A DNA stretch of 64,000 bases from Vicugna vicugna (GCA_013265495.1 MU058824.1:3809111-3873110); one strand, 5' to 3'. Shown: positions 35,781 to 47,270, counted from the stretch's first letter. Notes: a model not told the origin generated them from the letters alone. Numbers and translations: made by a program.

Positions 35781-37069
35781 ATTCAGCCCTCCTTCCTGTC
35801 CTGGGCCACCGGCTAGAACGCACCTTTAGTCTGTCATCGCATGTTTCTCAGTGACAGCAGAGTGGGAGGTGGGGGCCCCAGGTGCTGTCCGAGAGCACGT
35901 TGGCAGGTGAAGCCGACGCCACCCAGTCAGCCCTGCTGGCCCCCGCTGCAACCCCCAAAGAGGCCGAGTTCAGAGAAGCATCTGAACTTTCCGAGTTTAA
36001 CCAAACAGACCCTGCCCTCCAGCTCCATGACTCCTCCAGCCCTAATTACCAGGCTCGGGATACAAATGGCCGTGGGCCTGGCAGAGCCCCTGGTGGGAAC
36101 GGATGGCGGCTTCTTGCCTATTAATAGCGGCGGCAGGAATCACAGGCCTGCGCGAGGGCACAGCCTAACCAAACCTGCTGGCAGCAGCAGGACATGGGCA
36201 GCCGCAGTGCCAGCCGGGTGGTGTGGCTGCCTGAGACTGTGGAGAGGGAAGGTGCACAGTGTGGAGGAAGGAAGACAAGCGTTTTGTCAGGGACCCCATG
36301 TCTCCTGCCTTCCCCACCTCCCTTTTCTTTTTCCTTCTTTTCCTGCTTTCTTGTCTCACGCAGCCCCAGCCATTCAGTGCCAGACCCAGTGTCAGGGCTG
36401 GGGCTCCACACTCAGCAGGCGGGTCCTTCATTCCTGTTCCTCAAAGTTGAAACCAGCATCATGTCTCTGGGACTCTGTCTCCAGTACGATTTCCAAGCCT
36501 GTTCTCGGATGGCTTCTTGAGGCAGTGCTGGCCCGCATGCATGGTCTTTGCTGGAACTGCCCAGGGTTGGCCCGCAGGAGAGACGGCCACCTTTCAGCAG
36601 CCAGGTCCCAGGCCCGCCACTCAGATATCACCACAGTCTGGCCTCAACTTGCCCTTTGGGCCAGCTCTCCCAGCCTGTTCCCCTCCCTGACCGCTCACTG
36701 GTCCCTACTCTGCTTCTCACTCTGACCGGTCGGTGTCCCGCCTTATTCTGTGTCTCTGGCTGAGACGACTTCCCATGTCAGCCTGTTGGGACTCGGCTTC
36801 ATCCCCCAGGGCTGAGCAGCAACATTACCACCCCTGATGCCTCTGGTGCAGCCCCGCGCTGGGGACAGTGCTCCCTGTTTGCTTGTTATGCCACGTGGTC
36901 CAGTTAGCTGTGCCACCAAAAGGTGAGCTGGTTGAGGCCGCGCCCTCCGCCTTACGCCTCCTCCGCACCCCTCTTAGCCCATAGCACAGAGAAGGTCCTT
37001 TTTTCTGAGTGTTGGCTGAGGAAGGGAGGGGGAAATGAAAATTAATATTGACCTACATATGAATTTTAT

Positions 37070-37533
37070 ATATATAACAAATTAGCTTAAATTTGGTGGC
37101 TTAAAATAATGGAAAACTTTCTCTCACAGTCCTGGAGCCCAGCAGGCTGAAGTCAGTATCACTGGGCCAAAATCAAGGTGTCGGCAGGGCCGTGCTCCAC
37201 CTGGAGGCGCTAGGGAGAGACCTGTTCCTTTCCTCTGCTACCTTCTGTGGCTCCTGGCGTTTCCTGGCTAGTGGCTGCGTCACTCCTATCTGCAACCCTC
37301 TCTCTGCCTCATCTTCATGTCCCTTCTCTATGTGTGTGTGTGGCATCTCGCTCAAGTTCTCTCTCGTAAGGATCCGTGTGGCCGCGTTCAGGGCCCACCC
37401 AGGGATAATCGTCCCCTTTCCAGATCCTTGACCTAACCGCATCTACGCAGACCTCCTGTTCTTTTGGCCACATAAGTCGTGTTGCCAGATTCCAAGGATT
37501 AGGATGTGGATATACCACCACCTGTTTTGGGGG
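37070..37533 (-). mobile_element. MaLR solo LTR (MLT1C-like)
   Basis: ataacaaatt...ggtggcttaaaataat...tctcacagtcctggag...atcaaggtgtcggcagggccgtgctcc...gggcccacccagggataatc...ggattaggatgtggatat. Confidence 0.85.
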
Positions 37534-37539
37534 TTCAAC

Positions 37540-38335
37540 TTCGTGTTTGTTCAGGTTTCTGATTCATAACTCCGGGGCCTGCTGGATCCAGGAGGCAGTC
37601 ATACACTTGTGACTGCAGGCAACACCATTTCACAGACCCCCAAGGGCATGTTGGCCGTATTTGGAGAAACAAGCCGAGTAAGGCTTCAGAGAATCGTTTA
37701 TTACGCTTTTGTCTCTCGGAGGCTGTTACACGGCGACGGTCCTCTTCACTATACGGAACCGTCCTGGCTCCTCGCCTGGCAGTGACTCCCAAGGGAAACC
37801 GAAACCTTGTGAGCTGCTTTTCCTACCCTAGGTTTTGGGAAACATTTGGCTGCCACCTCTTCCGTGTGTAGGGGAAGGATTCCACGAACAAGGTTTGTTT
37901 TTAGGATGCATCGAGGACGAGTGGCATCCAAGGTACACTTGGGCGGTTGAACTTTGTGGCCTGAAAAGGTAGACATTACATTTTTCCGTAGTAACTGCCA
38001 GCTTGTAGGCTTAGACTCTTGTTTATTTTGCATTTGATTCTGCCATCAGGGGTTGTCTTATTTCTTGATCTTCTCTAGTGTTCGTAGATTCAGTCCCTGC
38101 GGCTCTGTAACCCTGTATAGCCCTTTGCTGATCAGCTACATCGAATAAAGCAAATTCGGCACATCACATCGGCTCAGAGTGGAGACAGTTTTCAGATTTT
38201 ATTTTCATCAAGTCCCAGCAAATGCCAAAAGTTTTGCACCAAAGATTCCATGGTGTCTTGACCAGTATAACTAGTTGATTCCTGCCTGAAGATATTTGCA
38301 CAAGCTAACGGATATCGACATGGCATTTGAAACTC
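37540..38335 (-). mobile_element. Decayed hAT (Tip100/Zaphod-like) transposase coding fragment, tentative
   Basis: Minus-strand translation pieces SLCKYLQ...TMESLVQNF...DENKI and EEDRRRV...NKRFSE resemble the LSKYLQ and EDYYRV...KRFS blocks of hAT transposases. Stops and frameshifts are present. Confidence 0.4.
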
Positions 38336-38764
38336 TTAAAAATTCTGGCTGGGGGAAAGGAAGGGGCGTTCCCTGCCCTTTGGCTTCAGTGAGTCTAAGA
38401 AGGTAACCAACTGCCTTTGCAATGCAGCTGTTTGATGGGAGGCCCTAGAAGGAACCCGGTGGGCTCCTCCAGTCCTGGGCGCTCCACTTGCCGTAGGTTG
38501 GTGTACATCATTTCTAGCTGCTGCTCAGTTACATCACTCAAGTAATTTATGACTTTTGTTTTCTTGAAGAAGTGGGAGATGAGGGTGAGGGTGGGGTGGG
38601 CCACTGAGGCCAGCGAGGAGGCTGAGGCAGGCGCAGGGCCCCTGGACAGACGCACCTGCGCCAACCTCCTCGCCCGGGCAATTCCTCTGCTTAACGGGCT
38701 CAGCCCCCTCTGCTGTTCCCATCGCCAACTGCCCAGCTGCCTGGCTCCTTCCCACCCCTGAGGG

Positions 38765-39525
38765 CTTCTTCTCCTCCGAGAGACCTTCCTCATCACCAAA
38801 TATGTGTTAGTTTCCTCTTGCTGCTGTGATGAGTTACTGCAAACTATTGATTTGAAACAACAGTAATTTCTCATCTTACGTCTGGAGCTCGGAAATCCAA
38901 AGTGAGTCTTACTGGGCTGCAGTCCCGGTGTTGGCAGGGCTGGTGCCTTCTGGAGGCCCCAGGGGAGAATCGTTCCCTTGCCTTTTCTAGCTCATAGACA
39001 CTCCGCATCGCCTGCTTTCTGGCCCCACCTTGGACTGAGTCCTTATCGTGCTACCGTCTTCCAAGTTTGCTCTTTCCTGGCTGCTGCTTCCACTTATAAA
39101 GACCCTTGTGGTTTTATTGGGCCCACCTGGATAATCCAGGATAATCTCCTTATCTTTGGGTCAGTTAATTAGCGACCCTAATTCCCCTTTGCCCTATAAC
39201 CTAATGTGGTCACAGGCTCCAGGGACTAGGATGTAGACATCTTTGGGGGTGAAGGGGGTGTTATTTTACCCACCACACCATCGAAAACAGGACCCCCATC
39301 ACGCCTCTCTCAAAGCATCCTGTTGTATTCATTCATGATACTAAGCACGATACAAGGAATTTAATTAGCGGTTTACTCTTTCCTTGTCTGCCTTCCCCCA
39401 GGTCTGCACAGTACATCAGGGTTATACAGTACACAAGGCTGTGCCTGTGTTGTTCATCGCTGGGGTCCCTGGTTCTGGCAGAGTGCCTGGCCCACAGTAG
39501 CACTCAGGCGATAGTAGTTGAAATG
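38765..39525 (+). mobile_element. LINE-2 3' end interrupted by a MaLR LTR
   Basis: ctcctccgagagaccttcct [LTR] ...ttgttcatcgctg...gagtgcctggcccacagtagcactc. Confidence 0.7.
38803..39277 (-). mobile_element. MaLR solo LTR (MLT1C/D-like)
   Basis: TG...CA termini (tgtgttagtttcctcttgctgctg...ttattttacccaccaca); gggcccacctggataatccaggataatctc. Confidence 0.9.
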
Positions 39526-39833
39526 CAGAAGATGGTGGTGAGGGGTGGTTGGCGCTGGGCTGCCAGGGAGAGCTCTGCCCAATGCTGGAACAAAGCTGTC
39601 AAGGATGCTGGGCGGTCCAAGTGCCCGCAGTGGCAGCCACATGGTGAAGCAGGGAGGCTGGGTGGTTAAGAGCATGGACCCTGGAGCCAGACTGCCTTGG
39701 TTAGAATCACCACCCTGCTTCTCACTCGCTGTGTGACTTGGGGCATGTTACACAACTTCTCCAGACCCTAGTTTCCTCCTCATCTGTAAAATGAGGGTGA
39801 TGATGATAGTAAGAGTGAGAATTAAATGATGTA

Positions 39834-40147
39834 CAGTTGGCCCTCTGTATCTGCAGGCTCTGTATCCATGGATTCCACCAACCATGGACAGAAAATATCT
39901 GGGGAAAAAATTACAGAAAGTTCCAAAAAGCAAAATGAATTTGCCATGCACCAGCAACTATTTACATCATATTTATACTCTATTAGGTATTATAAGTAAT
40001 CTAGAGATGAATTAAAGTATACAGAAGGATGTGCGTAGGTTATATGCAAATACTATGCCATTTTATATAAAGGACCTGAGCATCTATGGATTTCAGTATC
40101 CTCGGGGGTCCTGGAACCAATCCCTGGTAGAAACTAAGGGACAACTG
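39834..40147 (-). mobile_element. MER2/MER2B (TcMar-Tigger MITE), full length
   Basis: TIRs cagttggccct...agggacaactg flanked by TA duplications; internal aggtattataagtaatctagagatga...ggtcctggaaccaatccc. Confidence 0.92.
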
Positions 40148-40206
40148 TAATATATGTAAAAAATCTTAGACCTTTACCTGGGACATATTAAGTACAATGT
40201 AAGTAT

Positions 40207-40247
40207 TAATAATAATAATAATTATTATTATTATTATTATTATTATT
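40207..40247. repeat. (AAT)n-(ATT)n microsatellite with a 30-bp perfect palindrome
   Basis: 40207-40236 is self-complementary (taataataataataattattattattatta). Confidence 0.85.
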
Positions 40248-41511
40248 GCTGTTATTTATACAAGGGTCTGAGCTGGGTGTGGTGGTGAGTTGAGAGGCAT
40301 GGCAAGCATGCCTAAAGCTGGCCTGGGCTGGCTGGCATCAGATCAAGAGCTCTCCAGCAGAGCTCACACCTCTTGAAGCCCATGGATACAGGAACCTATC
40401 AGAGAAAAATCCAGCCATAAACAAGAATGTTGCCAAGCAGGAGCAGGGCAGACTCTGAATGCCAGCCCTGGAGAAAATGCAGAGGTACTTGGGGTGGGTC
40501 CAACTGACAAAGATATGCTGGCAAAGGGACTGTAAACTGGGCTGTATCAAGTGTGTCCTTGGCCATCTGAAGAGGAGGGTGGGGCAGGGGGCTGAGCCCA
40601 GCAACTGGAGTGGATTCATGTGGGTGGGAGCATGGTCCAGCCAGCCCAGTCTGGGTAAGTGGGGTTGATGGGAAGGGCAGCTGGCTGAGGAGGAGGCCGG
40701 TGACCAGCAAGGTTAAGATTTGGACTTGTCGACTTTTGGAGGCCAAGCAGATATCCCAGAGAGGAGCTCTGCAGACAGGTGAAGCAAGTCAGGAGCACAG
40801 GGGCAAGGTCTGGCCCAGAGAGAGAAATGTGGAATTGCCCCCGGGTGCTGTGGAAGCAGTGTGGCTTCAGCACTGATTAGCTGTGTGACTGTGCGTGAGC
40901 TCTGTGTCCTCTCTGAGCTGCCCTGCCTGCTTTTTCTGAGGATCATTTGAAATGAAGGTTTGCAGTTACCGAAGCACCAGCTGTGTAAGGTAGGAAGGGT
41001 ACTGAGGTCTGGAGGGGAAGCGGGGAGGGTTTCTTCTGTCTGTAGCAAGCCCCTCCCTGACTTCGAGCCTCGCCTGCTCTGTGGAAGGCCTGCAGTCTCG
41101 AGGGGTGGGGGGTTCAGCACGAGGCAGGGAGGCAAAAGCCTGGATTCTGGCCAAGCTCAGTCTGGCCTTGCTGTGTAGTCTGACATGCTGTTCCCACTCT
41201 CTGGGCCAAAATTAGAACTGAAGGTGTGGGAATGGGCAGGCCTGGGAGGGGCCAGCAGAAGCCAGTGAGGACTTGGTGGAGGGACGGGAGCATCAGGTGG
41301 GAAGTTGGACCAGTGCTCCCCAAGTGGCCCAAGCATCAGGCTTGGGAGTGTTTGCTTAGGGAGTGAGTGGCCTTTGTTCTTAGCTCTTACTCCCCCCTTC
41401 CCAGGGCCCCTGCTCCTCGGTGGCCTGGGCACTTTCCACGCTCCCTCCACACCTTTCAAAGCCAGCCCTGGGCTCCCGGGCGCACACCTGTTGCTCGTTT
41501 CTGACTCTTTG

Positions 41512-41525
41512 CTGCCCTCTGGTGG
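41512..41525 (-). promoter_or_regulatory. CTCF core motif (reverse)
   Basis: CTGCCCTCTGGTGG reads CCACCAGAGGGCAG on the minus strand, a close match to consensus. Confidence 0.55.
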
Positions 41526-41607
41526 TCTCTATTCACTCTGCCACACCAGGAACTTAAAATTGACCCCAGGGAATGCCAGGAACAGCCGGGAGGAAATGGC
41601 AGGAGAC

Positions 41608-41990
41608 CATTCATTTGTTCATTTATTCATTCTCAAACATTTCCTGAGAGACTCTGGGTGTCAGTTCTGGGCTAGGTGTGGTGCTGCAGACACAGCCCCT
41701 GCCCTCAGGGGGCTCATAGTCTAGTTGTGGAGCCAGATATAAAAAATCATCCCTGCATGCTCTGTTTAGAGCGAAAATCTAGGAATGCACTGAGAAAATG
41801 CAGGAGAGGGGCTGCTAGGTCTGCTGAGGCCATAGGGTGGGGTAGGGAAAATCAGGGAAGGCCTCCCCAAGGCCATTTGAGCTGCACCTTGAAGGGTGAG
41901 TTTGCCAGTCTGAGAAATCGGAGGGGCATTGTTGGGTGAGGAGCTATGCGTGAAAAGACCCAGAGCCTCAATCCCTGGAAATCTCTGGGG
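41608..41990 (-). mobile_element. LINE-2 3' end
   Basis: cattcatttgttcatttattcattc...cccctgccctcagggggctcatagtctag...tcagggaaggcctcccc. Confidence 0.8.
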
Positions 41991-42294
41991 CACAAAATGC
42001 TGCAAACAGCAGCCTTGACAAATGGAAGGCTTGGCCCAGGCGGATCTGGAAATGAGTCAGAGGTGAGGCTGCTGTGCCTTCTCAGAGTGGAGAATGAGGG
42101 GTCTGGAGGAGACTAATCTAGACAGTCCATGTGACTAAAGCCCCATGTGAACGCAGCACTGAAGTAATGCTGGGGCTGGGGAGGAACCCCATGTGGGCTT
42201 AATAAGTGCTTTGCCTCATTGGAGAAAAAAGAATTGCAGAAGCAAAGGCTCAGAGATGGAACACACACTGGGATATGAAGGTCCCACTGGAATT

Positions 42295-42420
42295 TAGGAG
42301 ACCTGGGTTTTGATTCCAACTGCCAGACACAGTGTGACCGTGGGACGTGGCCTTGGGACTTCTTGCTCTCTTTTGAAACAGGAGGCATGTGGCAGGGAGA
42401 TTGGATTAGATGCTCCATAG
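42295..42420 (+). mobile_element. MIR fragment
   Basis: aggagacctgggttttgattccaactgcc...tgtgaccgtggg...ttggattagatg. Confidence 0.65.
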
Positions 42421-43980
42421 GGGTGCTTTCTGGTCCTGCCGCACAAGGGCTTCTAAGTCTGTGACATCCCTGCCTGCTGATATCATCCCTCGCTGAACTG
42501 GAGGGCTCCCAAGCCCTGCCACCTCTGTTCTATGTAGGCAGCAGTTTCCCTTCCGATTTCCCTTCAGGTCTGGGGCTGGGATGTTAAGGCAATGGCTCTG
42601 GGCTGTCATGTATAACTGGGTAATCACTTCCAAGGGATGGAGCTGAAGGAAGGGGATCTCAGGTCGTGCTCATCCCACACTCCCATCACCAGGTCTCCAC
42701 ATGGAGGGTCCCCTAACTCTGCCGTGACAGGCACTGATGGCCTTCAGAGCCTCCACACCTGGGATGAGTTCTTACACGCTTTAGGGTCTCAAACCTTAGG
42801 ACAAAAGAGGCAGCAAAGATGACCATAATTTGTTCCATCATCTAAGCAGATCGTCCCTTTGGGGAGCACGGGGGTAGGAAGCAATGCATCTCAGCCTTTT
42901 CTCACACATGTCAAGCCCATGGCAAGGGCAGGCTGCCCAGGAAGTGGCCAGCACTGGGGGAGCTCAGAGCTGGTGCTGAGGACACCTTCACCTCCTCTGG
43001 GCTGCTCAGGGTCCCACCCACTTGTTAGTTTGCCCGTCTCTGCTCCTTCGATGGCATTGGCGGTACCTAGTCATATGTGCCAGAAACCACATGCCTGGGT
43101 TCCTGACTTCCACTTTCTTCCTGAGGTGCCCCTATAAATGGAGTTTCTTTAAACAAATAAACAAAAACTGGGTTGTGATGCCTTTGGGAAAGATCGGGGG
43201 AATACAGTCAGGATTTGCTTTAGAAGAAATTGAAGTATCTGGAGGGCATCTGAGCATTGGTTGGAGTAAAGTGGGGGCAGGTTGGACCTGGGAGCCTTTA
43301 AGACCCTCCCCGCCCTGAGAAGTTGGCTCCAGGTTAGCACAGGGAGTGGCGTGCAGGTCGACAGCCCAGAGCGTGGGTGTCTTCAGGAGAATGGGTGGCC
43401 TTGCTGGGCCATGAGCCTTCATCCTCCTAAATCCTGCTGGCTGAGACCGATTCCAGGAAACCATCCTTCGGGATCAGACAAGGGCTGAAGCCCAGCTGTG
43501 CATAGTCCCCGCGGAGTGGCACCACGGGAGCCGTCCTCAGCACCTGGCCGCACCACAAGTGGCAGAGCGGCCTGACTCTGAGCCCCAGGATTGTAAGCCA
43601 TTCTATTGCATCGCCTCCTAGTGCCACTTCTGCCCAGAAAGTCTGCCAAGAGGGCCGGGGACAGTTCTCTCTGGTTCCTTGGTGGAGTCCTGGTTGGGGC
43701 AAAAGAGGAAAAGGTGCTTTGGACCTGGCTCACCTGGGTGCATGCGAAGGAAGAGGATGAAGCCTTAAGAGGAGCCTGGGCCAGGCAGTCCCTCCTGGAA
43801 AGGTTCCCCACACAGGAGCCAGCACCTTGCAGTATGCAGGGCTTGGACTGGCCCCTTAGCCACCTGATAGCAGCCATCTGCCCATTTGGGACGCAGGACC
43901 CAATTGACTCCTTCCAGTCAGCTCTCCTTTTACTTTCAGGACATTATCTGTGAGCCCCAACCAGACCTGAGTTCCTGAAG

Positions 43981-44451
43981 AAGGGGGTTACATCCTAGCC
44001 AGGACTTTCCACAGGTCAATGAGTGGGAGAGTGGGGGGGTGGCACGAAGTCCCAGAGAGGTCCTTGGCTAAGGGCCTAAGAGTTTTTCAGGAATTGACAG
44101 CAGCTTGAGGCCTGACTCAAACTCCTTTTGCCTCTGAAATTCAAAAAAGAAAACTGGAAAACTGGCATTAATAAATGTTAAGTTAAATGTCTACAAATTG
44201 TAACATTAGGTTAACTTCAGGAACTATTCAATTTAGTGTTCATAAAACATTAATCACATTTAAAAACAATTTTTAGGTTAGATTTTTCTCCCTTTGTAAG
44301 AATTCCCTAGTCTGTATCTTAATTGCTGAGAAATATAGTGGATCATAAATTAATTACTTGTGGCCAAATAATTTCTAAAGAAAAATAACTTAAAGAGGGA
44401 AACATCCCAGCCAGGACTTTCCGCAGGACAGTGAGTTGGGGGGTGGGGGGG
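43981..44451 (+). repeat. 59-bp direct repeat (43981-44039 and 44393-44451) flanking a partly AT-rich spacer
   Basis: 49 of 59 positions identical, ungapped, offset 412 bp; shared core agccaggactttcc. Confidence 0.85.
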
Positions 44452-44736
44452 CGCGACCCCCCCCTTTAATAAGAAGAAACTTAGCCTTTCATGTTTTTCA
44501 AGCAAAAAGTATCATGATTGTGATACATTTAATGTGTGATGTAAGGTAGGGTGAAGAGCAGTCTTCATAGGAAAGTTCCTGGGTGTCTGGGAAGGAGGGG
44601 CTTGGGAGAGCCCCTGATCTCCTGTTGACCTGCACTGAGCAGAAAAAATAATACTGGGGCCTTGAGCTGATCAGGTTGCTATAGCCAGCCATCCATCCAT
44701 CCTATCTGCCCATCCACCCGTTGTCTCTTCCTTCCC

Positions 44737-44865
44737 TTTTTTCTTGAGGGTTGGGGAGTGCGGTAATTAGGCTTATTTATTTATTTTTAGTGGAAGTACT
44801 GGGAATGGAACCTAGGACCTTGTGCATGCTAAGCATGCACTCTACCACTGAGCTATACCCTCCCC
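44737..44865 (-). mobile_element. Camelid tRNA-Ala-derived SINE (Vic-1-type)
   Basis: Minus strand ggggagggtatagctcagtggtagagtgcatgcttagcatgcacaaggtcctaggttccattcccagtacttcca, then (AAAT)n and a cctaattacc tail; 14/16 TSD gtctcttccttccctt / gtcccttccttccttt. Confidence 0.88.
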
Positions 44866-45854
44866 GTCCCTTCCTTCCTTTCCTCTCCCCTCTCTCTTTT
44901 CCTTCCAGCATTTATTGATCATCTTACATGTGCCAGACATAGTCTAGGGATGTGAGGGGAGAGCCATGGCCCTTATCCATTAAGACAGGGACAGAAAATG
45001 TCTCAGTCTATAGTGCAGATGAGTGAGTCAGTAGGGCCTGTGGGGTCAGCTGTAGTAACAGGTGAGCTCAGGGACTCCGGGAGCCCAGAGCACAGAGGCG
45101 GGGACCCAGTCTGGACTGGGAGTGTCAGACATAGACATCTCCAGAATTTCTATCTAAGGGGGATGGTGGGGGACGATGGGTGTGTCTGAAGCAGCTTTTG
45201 CTAAAATTGAGCAAATGCCATGGTCCACATCAAAGAATGGGAAGGCCAGGGACAGAGCTAAAGCTTCCCCAGTCCCCCATGGTGCCGCCAGCATCAGGGG
45301 TGGAGTCTAGGAAGGGGGATTCTCAGGCTTGTGGTTGATGGAGCAGCATGTTAGCCGGTGGGAGGTGGAGTGAGAAGGGGAAAAAATGAACGCTTCATTG
45401 GGGGGCAGGGACAGCGAATAGAAAGGTTCTGAGACGCTCTGTGCTTCTGTACGTACTGGAGTCCTTCCAGAACCCAGGTTGAATCTACTGGGGCCATCTG
45501 GGTTTTTCTCCCTTTGATTCACTGAAAACTAAGCCCTCGTCCCCAAGACCTAATCAGCCGTCAGCCCTCAGCTGGACCAACCGCCACTGCTAAGCCCGTG
45601 TGTCACTCTACCTGGGACACTTCTCTCCAGAGAACTTCCGGCTGCGCCCAGAGCCTTCCAGAGCAAAGAGAGCAGTGGGGCCTGGTTCCTGCCCTCCGGA
45701 AGGAGAATGCTTTTGAATGAAGCCAAATTGCCTCTGCCCATAAATTAATTCCACACACAAGCCTCCCCAACCTGCACGGTGCTTCACAGTCCATAAGGGA
45801 GCCACCTCTGTCACCCACCCCCATGACAATTTGCAATTTGAAAGCACCTAGGTT

Positions 45855-45985
45855 GAATGTGTATCCCCATCTCAGAGGCAAGGAGCTGAGGTTCAGAGAG
45901 GTACTATATCTCCCCAGGGTGCACAGCCAGCCAGTCCAGGGAGCAGCTGGGTCTGGCGCCGGGAACTCAGGTCCCAAGTTCACTC
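45855..45985 (-). mobile_element. MIR SINE
   Basis: tatccccatctcagaggcaaggagctgaggttcagagagg...cagggtgcacagccag. Confidence 0.7.
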
Positions 45986-46639
45986 AGCCACTGTTGCCCA
46001 TGGCGAGTGAGAGGGAATGGGCGCTGGGCCGGGGGAAGACCTTGGTTTCCTTGGTTTCCATGTCCATGTCCGACACACCCTCCTAGGCCCCAATCTAGTG
46101 CTCTCTCTTGCAGGAAGCCTTCACCCACCCCGCCCGGGGGCTCCTCTGTCCCTTGAGCACCGCCAGGGCACAGTGCGCAGTCTGCCTCGGTCAGAGTGGG
46201 AGTGACCGGGTGCTCCCATCTCCTGGTTGCTCCTCTTGGAATCCTCCACCTGCCCAGACCCTGCACACAGTAGGTGCAGCGTGGATACGGGTGGGATTTT
46301 TTTGAATCGGGCACCTGCCCCTCCCAACCCGTGAGTCCGGGGTTTGGGGCCCGATTGTGTAATTACACAGGGCTTCAGCTCGACTTACACACCCCCGCTC
46401 ACTCTTCCAATATTTGCTCTGGCTCTTCACTGGAAGACGCTGAGACAATGGCCCTTGTTACCCTCTGTTTGAGTTATTTATTTTTTTCACTTTTCCCTCC
46501 TTGCCCTCTCGGGGGACTTGCCTCTCGCCCTCATCCCTCATGTTTTCCCTTTCACTTGACTGTCACTCTCATTGTCCTCCCAGGGCTGGGAAGGCAGGGT
46601 GACAGGCAAGGGGAGCCCAACCGGGCTGGGGAGGCTGGA

Positions 46640-46815
46640 AATATAGTCGTTAATGGGACCCGAGAAGCCCAGATGTCCTCCCTGAATGCGGGTAATTTGT
46701 TTTTAATGAAAAACCACGCGGTGACCCTGAACAAATGAATTTTCTTTATAAGGAGTCTATGTGCAACGGCACAAATAAAGGACCCGAATCAGGGAGACGT
46801 AGATCCAGGGCTGAA
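46640..46815. promoter_or_regulatory. Candidate conserved non-coding element
   Basis: Repeat-free and CpG-retaining, with gttaatgg, ggtaatttgtttttaatga, tgaccctgaac, tttataag and aaataaa motifs. Confidence 0.35.
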
Positions 46816-47049
46816 GGAAAGAAAGAAAGAGAGAGGGAAGGAGTGGAAAAGACAGCAAGAGACATAAAAGCGGGAGGAAGGGAGATTTTAAGACTATAAC
46901 TGTGTTACCGAGTTCTTTTGTCTGAGGAGCAATCCCAGGTCACACACGTCTTGGGCATTGTCCTGCCAGAGCAGGATGCGTGACAGTTGCGGCCATCCTG
47001 AGGTCTTGTTCACAACAATGTGAAGAATATGAACCATCACCTGGACAGG

Positions 47050-47270
47050 TCTTCACAACATACAAGCCTTTTCCGTGTGTGATCTCTGCATATCCACACT
47101 GTCGTGTCAGGAGGGTACAGTTTTCAGCCCCATTTCACAGAGATGAAAACTGAGGCTTAGGAAAAGTGATTTGCTTAAGGTCACACAGCTTGTGAGAGGT
47201 CTGATCCAGAAGACAAAGGAGGGACTTCGCCAATTTGGAGTTTGACTCTTAGAAACACTGTGCCTTCTCT
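47050..47270 (-). mobile_element. MIR SINE
   Basis: cccatttcacagagatgaaaactgaggcttaggaaaagtgatttgcttaaggtcacacagct. Confidence 0.85.

Larger units (their letters stand above)
39645..40250 (+). mobile_element. MIR SINE split by MER2
   Basis: gtggttaagagcatggaccctggagccagactgcc...agtttcctcctcatctgtaaaatgagg...aattaaatga [MER2] atatatgtaaa...cctgggacatattaag. Confidence 0.88.

Noticed and set aside
35841..36725. Longest ORF (294 aa, plus strand)
   Set aside because: Pro/Ser/Ala/Gly/Trp-rich with no recognisable domain; expected by chance in GC-rich mammalian DNA.
44791..44865. tRNA-Ala(AGC) gene
   Set aside because: Degenerate B box/T arm, SINE-specific tail and TSD show it is a SINE, not a functional tRNA.
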